A DNA stretch of 64,000 bases from Candidatus Latescibacterota bacterium (GCA_965206595.1 OZ242214.1:3424001-3488000), one strand, 5' to 3'. Shown: positions 10,217 to 20,296, numbered from the stretch's first letter. Made by a program: numbers and translations. Notes: a model not told the origin generated them from the sequence alone.

Positions 10217-10950
10217 AATTCGCCCAAAACTGAACTCGGGTCCGAGAGTTACTTTCTCACTCGGAAACCACGAAACCGACAGCGATGGAACAATGGAGGG
10301 GAAATAGATAATTGGTGGAACTGGCACTCCGATCATCGTGACACTTCCGCCGTCAGAAGAAAGGCGGGAGAGCCCGAACAGGGTTCCGATCTCAACCTCT
10401 TGAGTCGGTGCTTTCCTGTCACTGTCAGTGTCCAAGCGCTGTTCCCTGGTGCCCAATCCAAAGATAAGGGAGAAATCATGAACCTCTCCCTCAAACTGCC
10501 GTCGATACTGTCCTTCCACCCGCAGCGAAAAAGCAGGCCCCTGCCGCCACTGATTGCCTAGACCGAATCCGGCGATAAACTCAGTATGGGATCTTTCACC
10601 ATGTTTTGTGACTCCTATAGCCCCCAGTCCCAGAATGTAGAGACCGGACATTGAGCTGCCTTGCGGGAAAAATGCTCCCCGACCGGCAAGGTGGCTATAA
10701 GAAGCAACTTCACTATTTGAACTTCGTCCAATAGCGACTTCCGGGCCAAGTGCCAGCTGTTCAATGGGAGACCACGAAAGGTAAAGCGAAGAAATAGAAA
10801 TATTGAGGCCACGGTAACCTGGACTCGGTACCCCGAGCACATTGGCGCTCCAGCCAATATCATGGGAAAGGTGGGAGAACCCGAACAGCGTTCCAACCTC
10901 AATTTTCGGAGAAAGACCAACCGGGACCTGACTATAGCCCCGATGGGCTA

Positions 10951-12119
10951 GTGTCACGTCCCATGAATTAGCTTAAAAAGTCTGGTGATCTTTGCGAGAA
11001 TCGATTCGGCCGTCGCCGTCCACACAAACGGGTGTGAGTGGGCGTTATAGCGGTCGGTGAATTCCTGAATGCTGGCGACCAGGTCCTTCACCTTCTTGAA
11101 GGTCCCACGGCGGATGGCTTTCTGTGTGAGGATGCCGAACCAGATCTCCACCTGGTTGAGCCAAGAGGCGTAGGTCGGTGTATAGTGAACATGGTATCGC
11201 GGTCGCGCTGCGATCCACCGTTTGACCTTTTCGTGCGTGTGCGTGGCGTAGTTATCTACGACGAGATGAATGTCGAGGTCTTTCGGGACGTTTTGGTCTA
11301 TGTATTTGAGGAACTGCAGGAATTCCTGGTGCCGATGCCGGGGTTTGCATTGGGTCAGGACCTTGCCCGATGCGATTTCGAGCGCCGCGAACAAGGTCGT
11401 CGTGCCGTGCCGGATATAGCTGTGCGTAACGCCTTCCACATAGCCCAGGCCCAAAGGCAGAATCGGCTGCGTCCGTTCCAGGGCCTGGATCTGGCTCTTC
11501 TCGTCGACGCATAACACCATGGCCTTGTCCGGAGGGTTCAGGTAGAGGCCTACGATGTCTCTGACTTTGTCCACAAAAAAAAGGGTCGTTGGACAGCTTG
11601 AAGTGCTTCTGTCGATGCGGCTGCAGACCCAACGCTTTCCATACTCGTTGAACGGTGGACTTGGAGAGGTTGGCCTCGGCGGCGAGGGAACGGCACGTCC
11701 AGTGCGTGGCCCCCTTCGGTGGATGCTCGAGCGTCTTATGAATCAAAGCGGCGACCTTCTCATCGCTTATCGAGCGCGGACCCCCGGGGCGCAGCTCATC
11801 GTAGAGCCCCATCAGGCCTTGTTCGCAGAAACGACGGCGCCACTTGCCAACCGAAACGCCCGACAGCCCAAGATGCTGACCGATCTGTTGATTGGTGAGC
11901 CCCTCATCGCTCATCAAGACGATCTTGGCTCGCCGCACATGCGCATGAGGCAGGCTACGGGAACGGGCCATGGATTCGAGTTGGGCACGAACTTCGTCAC
12001 TGAGGGTGAGCGGCTTCAGGGGACGTCCCAGTGCCATTAGGTTCCTCCTTGCGGTATCCCTATAGGGGAAACCTAATGAGAAGATCACATTTTTACAAGA
12101 TATTCCTGGGACGGGACAC
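10951..12119 (-). mobile_element. IS630-family insertion sequence, copy B (different isoform)
   Basis: TIRs GTGTCACGTCCCATGAAT / ATTCCTGGGACGGGACAC (16/18 match), flanked by TA on both sides. Confidence 0.9.
10954..12037 (-). CDS. IS630 transposase split by a +1 frameshift in a T8 run
   Basis: MALGRPLKPL...NDPFF in one frame, [15 protein letters not shown]...NQVEIWF in the next; A8 on the + strand at 11575-11582. Confidence 0.85.
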
Positions 12120-13061
12120 TACGAGTATGCACTGGAACCCCAATTGGTAGCGGGCTGGACGGATAGGCGTGATTGCCGCCATTACATGCAAAGTTTCGAG
12201 TTTGGCCAAGGAAGGGTTGTCTCCCGGTACCCAAAGCGATGGAAAAGACTCGTGTGGGACGCCATTGAAACTACCGATGATTTAGCTCAAACCCGACTCG
12301 TGGAACTCCTCGCCCGGCTATCAGAACGAATGGTTCGGCGGAGCAATGTTCAGTGGGATGATTCCACAAGTTGGCGAGAGAACGCGGAGGGCGAGCACGA
12401 CGAGCGGCCTTTCCACGCTATCCTTGCCCGAACCAACCCGAACAGCCACGCTCAGGTGCTGACGGAGAGCGACCTGGATGACAGCGCTACAGAACATTGG
12501 GTCGTGAGTCGTGGGCTCACCGTGCCGAGGAAAGCTGCAGACATGGCGGAGGCTGTAGGGCCTATGCTCCGATGCAGCTCGGATGTGATCTTCGTCGACC
12601 CCCATTTTGGACCCCAAGAACCGCGTTATCGGCGTTATCTGCCCCCCTTTGAGGCCTTCCTTGAAGCAATGATTCGCCAGCGCCCGGGCCGGATGCCCAA
12701 GCGCATTGAGGTACATACTGCGGCTGAAAAAAAGGGGACCGAGGAGTTTTTTCGGGGAGAGTGCGAGAGGAGACTTCCCCGATGTGTCCCCGAGAAAATG
12801 CGAGTCCGGGTGCGCAGGTTGCGCCAGAAACAAGGAGGCGAGCAGCTCCACAACCGCTATATCCTATCTGATTTGGGCGGCGTCTCCTCTGGATACGGAC
12901 TCGATGAAGGCAACGAGGGTGAAACGGACGACATTACGCTGATGGATCGGGACCAGTACGAGCTTCGCTGGTCTCAATATTCCGGGGATCCACCTGCGGC
13001 CTTCGAGCAGGAAGAAACTCCTGTAGAGGTGGTAGGAACAAAAAGGTTGTCCATGCCGTAG
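12120..13061 (+). CDS. Uncharacterised protein with C-terminal PLD-like motif; first codons removed at the IS boundary
   Basis: Frame is open from the IS TA: YEYALEPQLVAGW...; 'VIFVDPHF', 'LHNRYILSDLGGVSSGYGLD'; lower GC. Confidence 0.6.
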   Translation, partial: YEYALEPQLVAGWTDRRDCRHYMQSFEFGQGRVVSRYPKRWKRLVWDAIETTDDLAQTRLVELLARLSERMVRRSNVQWDDSTSWRENAEGEHDERPFHAILARTNPNSHAQVLTESDLDDSATEHWVVSRGLTVPRKAADMAEAVGPMLRCSSDVIFVDPHFGPQEPRYRRYLPPFEAFLEAMIRQRPGRMPKRIEVHTAAEKKGTEEFFRGECERRLPRCVPEKMRVRVRRLRQKQGGEQLHNRYILSDLGGVSSGYGLDEGNEGETDDITLMDRDQYELRWSQYSGDPPAAFEQEETPVEVVGTKRLSMP

Positions 13062-13114
13062 CCGCCCCCTGCGGTACGGCGGCGAACCACCCTCCGGTCG
13101 ATCCACCCCCGATC

Positions 13115-13252
13115 ATGAAGATCACCGACATCCGCGTCGTCAGCCGCGGCTTCCCCCAGGACTTCCCCCTCGTCGAGGTCGAGCACCGCGAACAAACCGG
13201 GCATCTTTCCGCCGGGGTCACGCGTCGTACCTTGAGCGCCTCGCCTCTGTGA
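13115..13252 (+). pseudogene. 5' remnant of an enolase/mandelate-racemase-like gene
   Basis: MKITDIRVVSRGFPQDFPLVEVE, then loses coding character; stop after 45 aa. Confidence 0.4.
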
Positions 13253-13264
13253 GAAAGGACCGCC

Positions 13265-14368
13265 ATGAAGCGCACCGCACTCGTTCTCCTCCTCCTGCTC
13301 GTCCGCGGAGCCGCCGCCCTGGAGTGGGTCCAGCTGCATCCTGAGGGGGAAGCCCCGGTGGCCCGCTCCAACTCCGCGGCGGTCTACGACCCGGCCGGCC
13401 ACCGCGTCGTCCTCTTCGGGGGGCTTCGAGCCGGCGGCGACCTCAACGACGTCTGGGAGCTCGACCTCGCCCCCCTGGCCTGGAAAAAAATCACCCCCGA
13501 CTCCGGCCCGGCCCCCGACACCCGCTGGTCACACAACGCCGTGTACGACCCGGCCGGCCACCAGATGCTCGTCTGGTCGGGCCGCCATCTCGGCGACTTC
13601 TTCAACGACGTCTGGGCCTTCGACCTCGACGAGCACACCTGGCGCCAGTTCACCCCCGAAACCCGGCCTGCCTCCCGCTATGGAACCGCAGCCGTCTTCG
13701 ACCCCCGCGATGGCCGCCTCGTCAGCTTCGCCGGCTTCACCGACCTCGGCCGCTTCGACGACACCTGGGCCTTCGACCCGGCCACATCGGCCTGGACCGA
13801 CATCAGCACAGACCCCAGGCCCCTGGCCCGCTGCCTGCACACCGCGGCCTACGATCCTGTCGGCTACCGCATGCTCATCTTCGGGGGCCAGGGGGGCGGC
13901 AACGCCCTGAACGACCTGTGGTCCCTCGACCTCGACACCGGCGCCTGGAGCGACATCACCCCTGAGAGCGGCCCCGGAGAGCGCACCTTCGCCGCGAGCG
14001 TGTACGATCCCTCGAGCCACCGGTTCGTCATTTTCGGGGGCGCCGGGAAAGGGGGCCTCGGAGCCAGAAGCGGCGATACCTGGGCTTTCGATCTCGCCAG
14101 CGGCGGCTGGATCTTGCTGCAACCGGAAGGCGCCGCGCCGGAACCGCGCAGCGGGGCCGCGGCGGTATACATCGAGGGTGAGAACCGCGCCCTGTTCATC
14201 GGGGGCGCCGCGGAGGTCGGCCTCTTCAACGAGGTCTGGGCCCTGGAAAGGCTGGACCCGACCGCGGTCGTGGGCCGGAGCTGGGGTCAGTTGAAACGGG
14301 GGATTCTCACCGGAGATCCCACAACGGCGGAGCCCGCCACCGGGCAGGAGCGAGTGAAGGGCCGATAG
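13265..14368 (+). CDS. Secreted Kelch-repeat beta-propeller protein
   Basis: Signal peptide; six 'H.AVYDP...LFGG...NDVW.LDL...W' repeats; 'TAVVGRSWGQLK' tail. Confidence 0.88.
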   Translation: MKRTALVLLLLLVRGAAALEWVQLHPEGEAPVARSNSAAVYDPAGHRVVLFGGLRAGGDLNDVWELDLAPLAWKKITPDSGPAPDTRWSHNAVYDPAGHQMLVWSGRHLGDFFNDVWAFDLDEHTWRQFTPETRPASRYGTAAVFDPRDGRLVSFAGFTDLGRFDDTWAFDPATSAWTDISTDPRPLARCLHTAAYDPVGYRMLIFGGQGGGNALNDLWSLDLDTGAWSDITPESGPGERTFAASVYDPSSHRFVIFGGAGKGGLGARSGDTWAFDLASGGWILLQPEGAAPEPRSGAAAVYIEGENRALFIGGAAEVGLFNEVWALERLDPTAVVGRSWGQLKRGILTGDPTTAEPATGQERVKGR

Positions 14369-14460
14369 CTCTTGCGGTGTCGGTGTCCTACGGGATTGAG
14401 GCCTCCGGCACCCGAGGAAGCCATCCGGGCTGCTGCGATACGGTACCATCCTCGCCCCTT

Positions 14461-14478
14461 TGTAGCTTCTGGGCTACA
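14461..14478. promoter_or_regulatory. Putative TA operator palindrome
   Basis: TGTAGC-N6-GCTACA immediately upstream of the toxin ATG. Confidence 0.5.
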
Positions 14479-14486
14479 TTCTCCTG

Positions 14487-14825
14487 ATGACCGAGGCGGT
14501 TCCAAACGATCTCGAGGTCTACCAGACAGAGGAAGGCCGCTCCCCTTTTTCGGAGTGGATTCACCGACTCGAAGACTGCGCCGCCAGAGCCCGAATTCGC
14601 GCTCGACTGGCGCGGTTACGGCTGGGAAACTTTGGTGACACCAACTCTCTCGGAGACGGTCTCCAAGAGCTGCGCATCCCCTACGGCCCGGGCTACCGTG
14701 TCTATTTCGGCCGGGCGGGTACCCGCCTTGTTTTATTACTTTGCGGCGGCACCAAGAGGACACAGTCACGGGACATTGAACAAGCGAGGTCATACTGGCG
14801 CGACTACAGGAGAAGGTCGTCATGA
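14487..14825 (+). CDS. RelE/ParE (HigB-like, addiction-module killer) toxin
   Basis: 'GRSPFSEW', 'RLRLGNFGD...ELRIPYGPGYRVYF', 'LLCGGTKRTQSRDI'. Confidence 0.9.
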   Translation: MTEAVPNDLEVYQTEEGRSPFSEWIHRLEDCAARARIRARLARLRLGNFGDTNSLGDGLQELRIPYGPGYRVYFGRAGTRLVLLLCGGTKRTQSRDIEQARSYWRDYRRRSS

Positions 14826-15127
14826 ACAAAACATCTCGGTCCTACAAAGAAGAACTGCTGGAGGATCTCCGGGACCCCGGCGAAGCCGCCGAGTATCTGA
14901 CCGCTGCTCTCGAGGATGACTCCCCCGCCGTGTTTCTCCTCGCACTGCGCGACGTAGCCGAAGCCCACGGAATGAAGCGGTTGGCAGAGGGAGCCCGGCT
15001 CAACCGGGAGTCGATGTATCGCATGCTGTCCGATCAGGGCAATCCCCAGCTCTTCAGTTTGACCGCCGTCCTTCAGGAACTGGGTTTGCGCCTTGCAGTT
15101 GAAGTCAGCGATCCTGTTGCTGCCTGA
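14822..15127 (+). CDS. Addiction-module antidote (HTH antitoxin)
   Basis: 'AAEYLTAALE...ALRDVAEAHGM..LA....LNRESMYRMLS..GNP'; ATGA overlap with the toxin. Confidence 0.9.
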   Translation: MNKTSRSYKEELLEDLRDPGEAAEYLTAALEDDSPAVFLLALRDVAEAHGMKRLAEGARLNRESMYRMLSDQGNPQLFSLTAVLQELGLRLAVEVSDPVAA

Positions 15128-15174
15128 AGGACTAAACACCGAACCGACCGGCCATTCCTGGAATCCCTGACCCG

Positions 15175-16206
15175 ATGGACGCATCCGCGGAAAAACTCTA
15201 CTTCACCGACGTGGGCAACCACTGCCTGCGCGCCGTCGATCTCGCCACCGGGATCATCTCCACGGTCGCCGGGGGCCGCCCGCCCGAGATGGGGGCCAGC
15301 CCCGCCGGGGACGGCGGACCGGCTGCGGAGGCGGCCTTCTCCACCCACCCGATGCGCGTCGCTCTCGACGCCGTCGGCCATCTCTACGTCACCGACGCCC
15401 ACCAGAACCGGGTGCGCCGCATCGACGCGGCGAGCGGCGTCATCACCACGGTCGCCGGCAACGGCGAGGAGGGCTTCGCCGGGGACGGAGGGCCCGCCAC
15501 CGAAGCGAGCCTCGCGGTGCCGCACGGATGCCGCTTCGACCGCAGCGGCAATTTCTACATCGCCGACACGCACAATCACCGCATCCGCCGGGTCGACGCC
15601 GCGACCGGCGTCATCACCACCTGCGCCGGCACCGGGGAGAAGGGGTACTCGCGGGAGGGCCTGCCGGCGCTGGAGTCGAAGCTGTACGCCCCCCTCGCAG
15701 TCGACGCCGCGGCCAACGGCGACCTCTACATCGCCGACACCGACAACCTGCGCTTCCGTCGCCTCGAGGCAGCCACCGGCATCCTGCGCACGATCGCCGG
15801 CTGCGGCGAGAGGGGACCGACCGCCGACGGCATCCCCGCCCTCGAGGCGAAGTTCGGACGCCCCCGGGACATCCGCGTGTGCGGCGACCAGGTCTATCTC
15901 GTCGACGGCAACAACTCGAGCGTCTTCCACCTCGACCTCGGCAGCGGGCTGCTGCACCGCGTCGCCGGGACCGGAAGCAGCGGCTACTCCGGCGACGGCG
16001 GCCCGGCCGCCGAGACGCAGCTCGACCAATGCTACAGCATGGCGATCGATCCGGCGGGGAACCTCTACGTCAAGGACAGCGGCAACGGGAGAATCCGCCG
16101 CATCGACGCGGAGAGCGGCCTGATCTCCACGGTGGCCGGCAGCGGCGAGCGCGGCTACTCCGGGGACGGCGGCCCGGCCCTCGAGGCGGCCCTGCGCATA
16201 GGCTGA
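15175..16206 (+). CDS. NHL-repeat protein (possibly 5'-truncated)
   Basis: Repeats 'GNLYIADT.NHRIRRVDA.TG.ITTVAG.G..G..GDGGPA'; begins mid-repeat with no signal peptide. Confidence 0.85.
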   Translation: MDASAEKLYFTDVGNHCLRAVDLATGIISTVAGGRPPEMGASPAGDGGPAAEAAFSTHPMRVALDAVGHLYVTDAHQNRVRRIDAASGVITTVAGNGEEGFAGDGGPATEASLAVPHGCRFDRSGNFYIADTHNHRIRRVDAATGVITTCAGTGEKGYSREGLPALESKLYAPLAVDAAANGDLYIADTDNLRFRRLEAATGILRTIAGCGERGPTADGIPALEAKFGRPRDIRVCGDQVYLVDGNNSSVFHLDLGSGLLHRVAGTGSSGYSGDGGPAAETQLDQCYSMAIDPAGNLYVKDSGNGRIRRIDAESGLISTVAGSGERGYSGDGGPALEAALRIG

Positions 16207-16216
16207 GGGGGGATCC

Positions 16217-17005
16217 GTGGAGCTGAGCGACTCGCAGGCAGCGGCGTTCGACACCCTGGGGTACCTCTTCTTTCCCGGACTGCTGTCCGCTGCGGAAGTG
16301 GTGCCCCTGCAGGCGGCGATCCCCGAAATACTGGCGCGCCAGGGGCCCGAGATCGTGCGCGAGAAGGACGACCCCACTGCCGCCCGCCTCGCCTTCGGCG
16401 CCCACATCTACTCCGAGCCGTTCCGGCGCCTCGCCCTGCTGCCGCGGCTGCTGAACCCGGTTCGCCGGCTGCTGCAGGACGAGGTGTACCTGCACCAGAG
16501 CCGCATGAATCCCAAGCAGGGGTTCGGCTCCGGGGCCTCCTGGACCTGGCACCAGGATTACCCGCCCTGGCACAGCATCGACGGCATGCCGGAGCCGCGC
16601 TGCATCATGGCCTCGGTCTTCGTCGACGACTGCACCGTGGCCAAGTCCCCGCTGCTGATCCTTCCCGGATCGCACCGCCGCGGCCGGCTCGACTCGAACC
16701 CGCACGAGGACTCCGTCGGCAAGGAGTACGAGCTCCACCACATCGGCCGCGAGGAGTTCGAGCGCCTCGCCGACGAGCACGGCATCGAGCCGCTGGTCGG
16801 CCCGGCCGGCTCCGTCTGCTTCGTCCACTGCAACGTCATCCACGGCTCCGCGGACAACGTCTCGCCCTGGCGGCGGGCGATCGTGTACCTGATCTACAAC
16901 GCCGTCAGCAACGCCTGCACCGGCAGCGGACGCGACTGGTACCACAACAACCGGGACTTCACGCCGCTGCGGGCGGTCTCCGACGACGCCCTGCTCACCC
17001 TGTAA
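16217..17005 (+). CDS. PhyH-family Fe(II)/2-OG dioxygenase (ectoine/proline hydroxylase-like)
   Basis: 'WHQD', 'LPGSH', 'HCNVIHGSADN.S..RR..YL.YN'. Confidence 0.85.
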   Translation: MELSDSQAAAFDTLGYLFFPGLLSAAEVVPLQAAIPEILARQGPEIVREKDDPTAARLAFGAHIYSEPFRRLALLPRLLNPVRRLLQDEVYLHQSRMNPKQGFGSGASWTWHQDYPPWHSIDGMPEPRCIMASVFVDDCTVAKSPLLILPGSHRRGRLDSNPHEDSVGKEYELHHIGREEFERLADEHGIEPLVGPAGSVCFVHCNVIHGSADNVSPWRRAIVYLIYNAVSNACTGSGRDWYHNNRDFTPLRAVSDDALLTL

Positions 17006-17096
17006 CGATCTGTCCAGAAAGATGGACTGAAATCCGGCCGACTGGGGACGCAGCGGCCCCGGTCGAACGCGGTTTCAGCGCGACAGGAAGCCGCCC

Positions 17097-18191
17097 TCAG
17101 CCCTCTCTCAGGTGCCTGCAATCCAGCCGCGCCACCTGCAGCGGACGCTTCCCCGACTTCGTCTTCAGCCTTCGGTCCGCCCCCAGGACGATGAGCACCT
17201 CGGCCGCTTCGAGCCTGCCCCCGTACACGGCCCTGTGGAGGGGCGTGCGCCCCTTCCGGTCCTGCGCGTCGAGATCGGCGTCGTTCTCCACCAGCAGCCA
17301 GACCGCCTCGACGTTCCCCCTCTCGGCCGCCAGGTGCAGCGGGGTTCGACCGGCGGCGGTTTCGGCATCGACCTCGGCGCCATGCCGCAGCAGCCATTGC
17401 ATACATCGGTTTGAACCGGCGCGGGCGGCCCAGTGCAGGGGCGTCATCTCCGCCTCTCCTCTCCGCATGACTACCGCCGCATCCTCCCGGGCCAGCTCGC
17501 GCGCCCGCTCGAGGTCGTTCATGCCGCACGCCGAGAAGATGTCGTAGTGCGCCCCGTGCTCGAGGAGAGCGCGGGGCGTATCGGCGACGTCGGAGCTCCA
17601 GCGCTCGGTGCCGAAACGCGCCGCGGCCTCCTGCAGCGGGGTGTTGCCGCGCTCCCCGTTGCCCGAGAACGGCGCTTCCGGGTCGGCCCCGTACGCCAGT
17701 GCGAACTCCGTGTACTCGACCGGCCTGCCGACCGCCCAGAACAGCAGAGAGGTGTTCGCCGGCCACCCCACGTGCGACGTGCTGATTACCGAGGCGTTGC
17801 TTACGCCGGCCTCGAATACCGTGCGCAGGGTTTTGAAGTTCCCGTGGTAGAAGGCCTTGGTCACCGGCTCGTGCTGGTGCTTCCTGTAGAGTCCGGTCTC
17901 GCAGTCGTAGAACTCGCGGATGCCGCGATCGAGAAGGAAGCGGACCGCGTCGCCGGTTCCGAAGTAGGAGACCGCCATCGACAGGGCGACGGAACCGACC
18001 GATTCGAGCAGGGCCGGCCGCTTCTGCAGCAGGGCTCCCATTCGCGGGACGTCGCAGCTGGCGTGGGACAGGTCGGTGGCGCCGTGCGCCGCCGCGGTCA
18101 GGAACTGCTTCTCGAGGGCGCTGAACTTCCTCCCCTCCCTCATCTCGAAGGCCCTGGCCATCTTCTGCATCAGGTAGTCGGTATCGTTCAC
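17097..18191 (-). CDS. Ankyrin-repeat protein
   Basis: Several 'G.TPLH.AA..G' repeats. Confidence 0.88.
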   Translation of the reverse strand: MNDTDYLMQKMARAFEMREGRKFSALEKQFLTAAAHGATDLSHASCDVPRMGALLQKRPALLESVGSVALSMAVSYFGTGDAVRFLLDRGIREFYDCETGLYRKHQHEPVTKAFYHGNFKTLRTVFEAGVSNASVISTSHVGWPANTSLLFWAVGRPVEYTEFALAYGADPEAPFSGNGERGNTPLQEAAARFGTERWSSDVADTPRALLEHGAHYDIFSACGMNDLERARELAREDAAVVMRRGEAEMTPLHWAARAGSNRCMQWLLRHGAEVDAETAAGRTPLHLAAERGNVEAVWLLVENDADLDAQDRKGRTPLHRAVYGGRLEAAEVLIVLGADRRLKTKSGKRPLQVARLDCRHLREG

Positions 18192-18328
18192 GGCATCTCC
18201 TTGTCAATGCTGAGGCACCATCCGGTCCTTCTCACTCACTGACCAAAGGGGACCGCTGTTGCGGAAATGCGCCGCAAGGGTCGGCATCGAGACGACTGGA
18301 TATGTCCATCATGGACAGAGAATAAGGA

Positions 18329-18345
18329 GTGTGTATTTTACACAC
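18329..18345. promoter_or_regulatory. Putative HicB operator
   Basis: GTGTGTA-TTT-TACACAC palindrome directly before the hicA ATG. Confidence 0.55.
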
Positions 18346-18347
18346 CA

Positions 18348-18542
18348 ATGAAAAGCACGGACATCATCCGGAAATTGAAGCGGGACGGCTGGGTGCTGAG
18401 GAACACGCGGGGTAGCCACCATAATTTCACCCACCCCGAGAAGCCCGGACGGGTTACGGTAAAGCATCCGTGCAAGGACATTCCGATCGGGACGCTGCGC
18501 AACATTTACCGGCAGGCTCAATGGAAATGGGAGGATCGCTGA
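18348..18542 (+). CDS. hicA: HicA toxin
   Basis: MKSTDIIRKLKRDGW...RGSHHNFTHP...VTVKHP.KDIPIGTLRNI. Confidence 0.92.
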   Translation: MKSTDIIRKLKRDGWVLRNTRGSHHNFTHPEKPGRVTVKHPCKDIPIGTLRNIYRQAQWKWEDR

Positions 18543-18949
18543 TGCGTTTTCCAGTTGTGATTCACAAAGACGAAGAAACCGGATATGGAGTTACCGTGCC
18601 GGATCTGCCCGGATGCTTCTCGGCCGGAGATACACTCGAAGAGGCTATCGAGTCCGCTCACGAGGCCATCGCCTGCCATATCGAGGGATTGCTCATGGAC
18701 GGCGAGCCGGTACCCGAGCAAGCGCCGCTCGAGGTACACCAAGCCAACGAGGACGGGGATGGGATCTGGGCGCTGGTTTCAGTCGACATCTCCAAGCTGT
18801 CGAGCAAGGCAAGGCGGATCAACATCACCGTGCCGGCCCGGGTGCTGGCCATCGTGGACGAGGCCGCGGCCCGGGAGGGGGAGACGCGGTCCGGGCTGCT
18901 CGCACGGGCTGCCCTCAGCTATGTGCAGCGGCGATCGACGGGCACTTAG
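18542..18949 (+). CDS. hicB: HicB antitoxin
   Basis: 'YGVTVPDLPGCFSAGDTLEEA' plus RHH 'RINITVP...TRSGLLA'. Confidence 0.92.
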   Translation: MRFPVVIHKDEETGYGVTVPDLPGCFSAGDTLEEAIESAHEAIACHIEGLLMDGEPVPEQAPLEVHQANEDGDGIWALVSVDISKLSSKARRINITVPARVLAIVDEAAAREGETRSGLLARAALSYVQRRSTGT

Positions 18950-18970
18950 GCCGAAGGAGAACTGCCAGTA

Positions 18971-20083
18971 ATGAATGAAAAGCCGATTCGCTTCGGCATC
19001 ATCGGCGCGGTGCGCCGCGGCGGCAGCTTCGCCAACGGCCTTCAGGCCAACCCGGCCGCGGCCATCACCGCGCTCTGCGACATCGCCGAAGAGGAGCTTG
19101 CCGAGACCGCGTCCGGTCTCGGCGTCGAGCGGACCTTCACCGACGCCGAGGCGATGCTCGACGCCGGGCTCATCGACGCCGTGGTGATCGGCACCCCGAT
19201 GCCGCTCCACGCGCCCCAGGCGGTCATGGCCCTCGAGCGCGGCATCCACGTCCTCAGCGAGGTTACCGCCGGGGTCTCCCTGGAGGAGTGCGAGGGGCTC
19301 GTGCGCGCCGCCCGGCGCAGCAGCGCGGTCTACATGATGGGGGAGAATTTCACCTACATGAAGCCGAACGTCATCGTCCGGGAGATCGCTGTCCGCGGCC
19401 TGTTCGGCGACCTCTACTACGCCGAGGGGGCCTACATACACGAGCTCAAGCAGCTCAACGAGATCACCCGCTGGCGGCGGCGCTGGCAGACCGGCGTCAA
19501 CGCCTGCACCTATCCCACCCACAGCCTCGGTCCGGTGCTGCAGTGGTTCGCCCCGCACCGGGTGGTTTCGGTCTGCGCGGTCGGCAGCGGCCACCACCAC
19601 CGCGACCCGCGCGGCGATCAGTACGAGATGGAGGACTCCGTCACCATGATGTGCCGCCTGTCGAACGGCGGCCTCGCGCACATCCGGGTCGACATGCTCT
19701 CCGACCGGCCGCACAACATGACCCACTACGCCCTGCAGGGGACCGACGGCTCCTACGAGTCATCCGACGGGTTCAGGGGAGTCGGCAAAATCTGGCTGCG
19801 CAGCCGCAGCGAGACCCCCGTCTGGGAAGCCCTCGAGGACCTCGAGGAGGAGTTCCTGCCGGAGTTCTGGAAGCATCCCCCCGAAGAGGCGGTCCGGGCC
19901 GGACACGGCGGCGGCGACTACTGGCAGGTCCAGGACTTCGTCACCGCGGTCCGGGAGGGGAGCGAGCCCCCCATCGGCATCGATCAGGCGATGGACATGA
20001 CCCTGCCGGGCCTGGTGAGCCAGCAGTCGATCGCCGCGGGCTCCATCTGGGTCGACGTCCCGGATTCCCGGGACTGGAAATAG
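18971..20083 (+). CDS. Gfo/Idh/MocA family oxidoreductase
   Basis: 'IRFGIIG', 'DAVVIGTP..LH', 'HVLSEV', 'GHGGGDY'. Confidence 0.9.
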   Translation: MNEKPIRFGIIGAVRRGGSFANGLQANPAAAITALCDIAEEELAETASGLGVERTFTDAEAMLDAGLIDAVVIGTPMPLHAPQAVMALERGIHVLSEVTAGVSLEECEGLVRAARRSSAVYMMGENFTYMKPNVIVREIAVRGLFGDLYYAEGAYIHELKQLNEITRWRRRWQTGVNACTYPTHSLGPVLQWFAPHRVVSVCAVGSGHHHRDPRGDQYEMEDSVTMMCRLSNGGLAHIRVDMLSDRPHNMTHYALQGTDGSYESSDGFRGVGKIWLRSRSETPVWEALEDLEEEFLPEFWKHPPEEAVRAGHGGGDYWQVQDFVTAVREGSEPPIGIDQAMDMTLPGLVSQQSIAAGSIWVDVPDSRDWK

Positions 20084-20296
20084 GCATCCCAAACAGTTGA
20101 TGACGGTCGGAGAGGGGGGGTTCTGAGGCGGCAGGGGGAGGCCGATATACGCCGCGCGGCAGGAGGGCGGTACAGCCGCAGTTAGACCCCGTGAGAAAGG
20201 GTTTTACGAAAAAGGGAGATGGGATGTCTTGCCCTTACCCTCAAATGAAGGCCACTCCAAAATCGAAGTAAGGGTTTTCATCCCATCTCCCGATAC

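Larger units (their letters stand above)
8673..10950 (-). pseudogene. Tandem two-unit outer-membrane beta-barrel protein, split by IS630 copy A and 5'-truncated at IS630 copy B
   Basis: Two homologous units ('EVGTLFGFS...LIFGLGTR', 'EIGTLFGLS...LIFGLGTR'). Removing the IS and one TA restores the frame ...PGPYMIGLGAW...GALK*; the stop overlaps the next ATG (ATGA). Confidence 0.8.

Noticed and set aside
12120-12182. Minus-strand ATG that could supply the barrel gene start across IS copy B
   Set aside because: Gives a poor signal peptide and overlaps a more convincing plus-strand coding frame; adjacent deletion preferred, though not excluded
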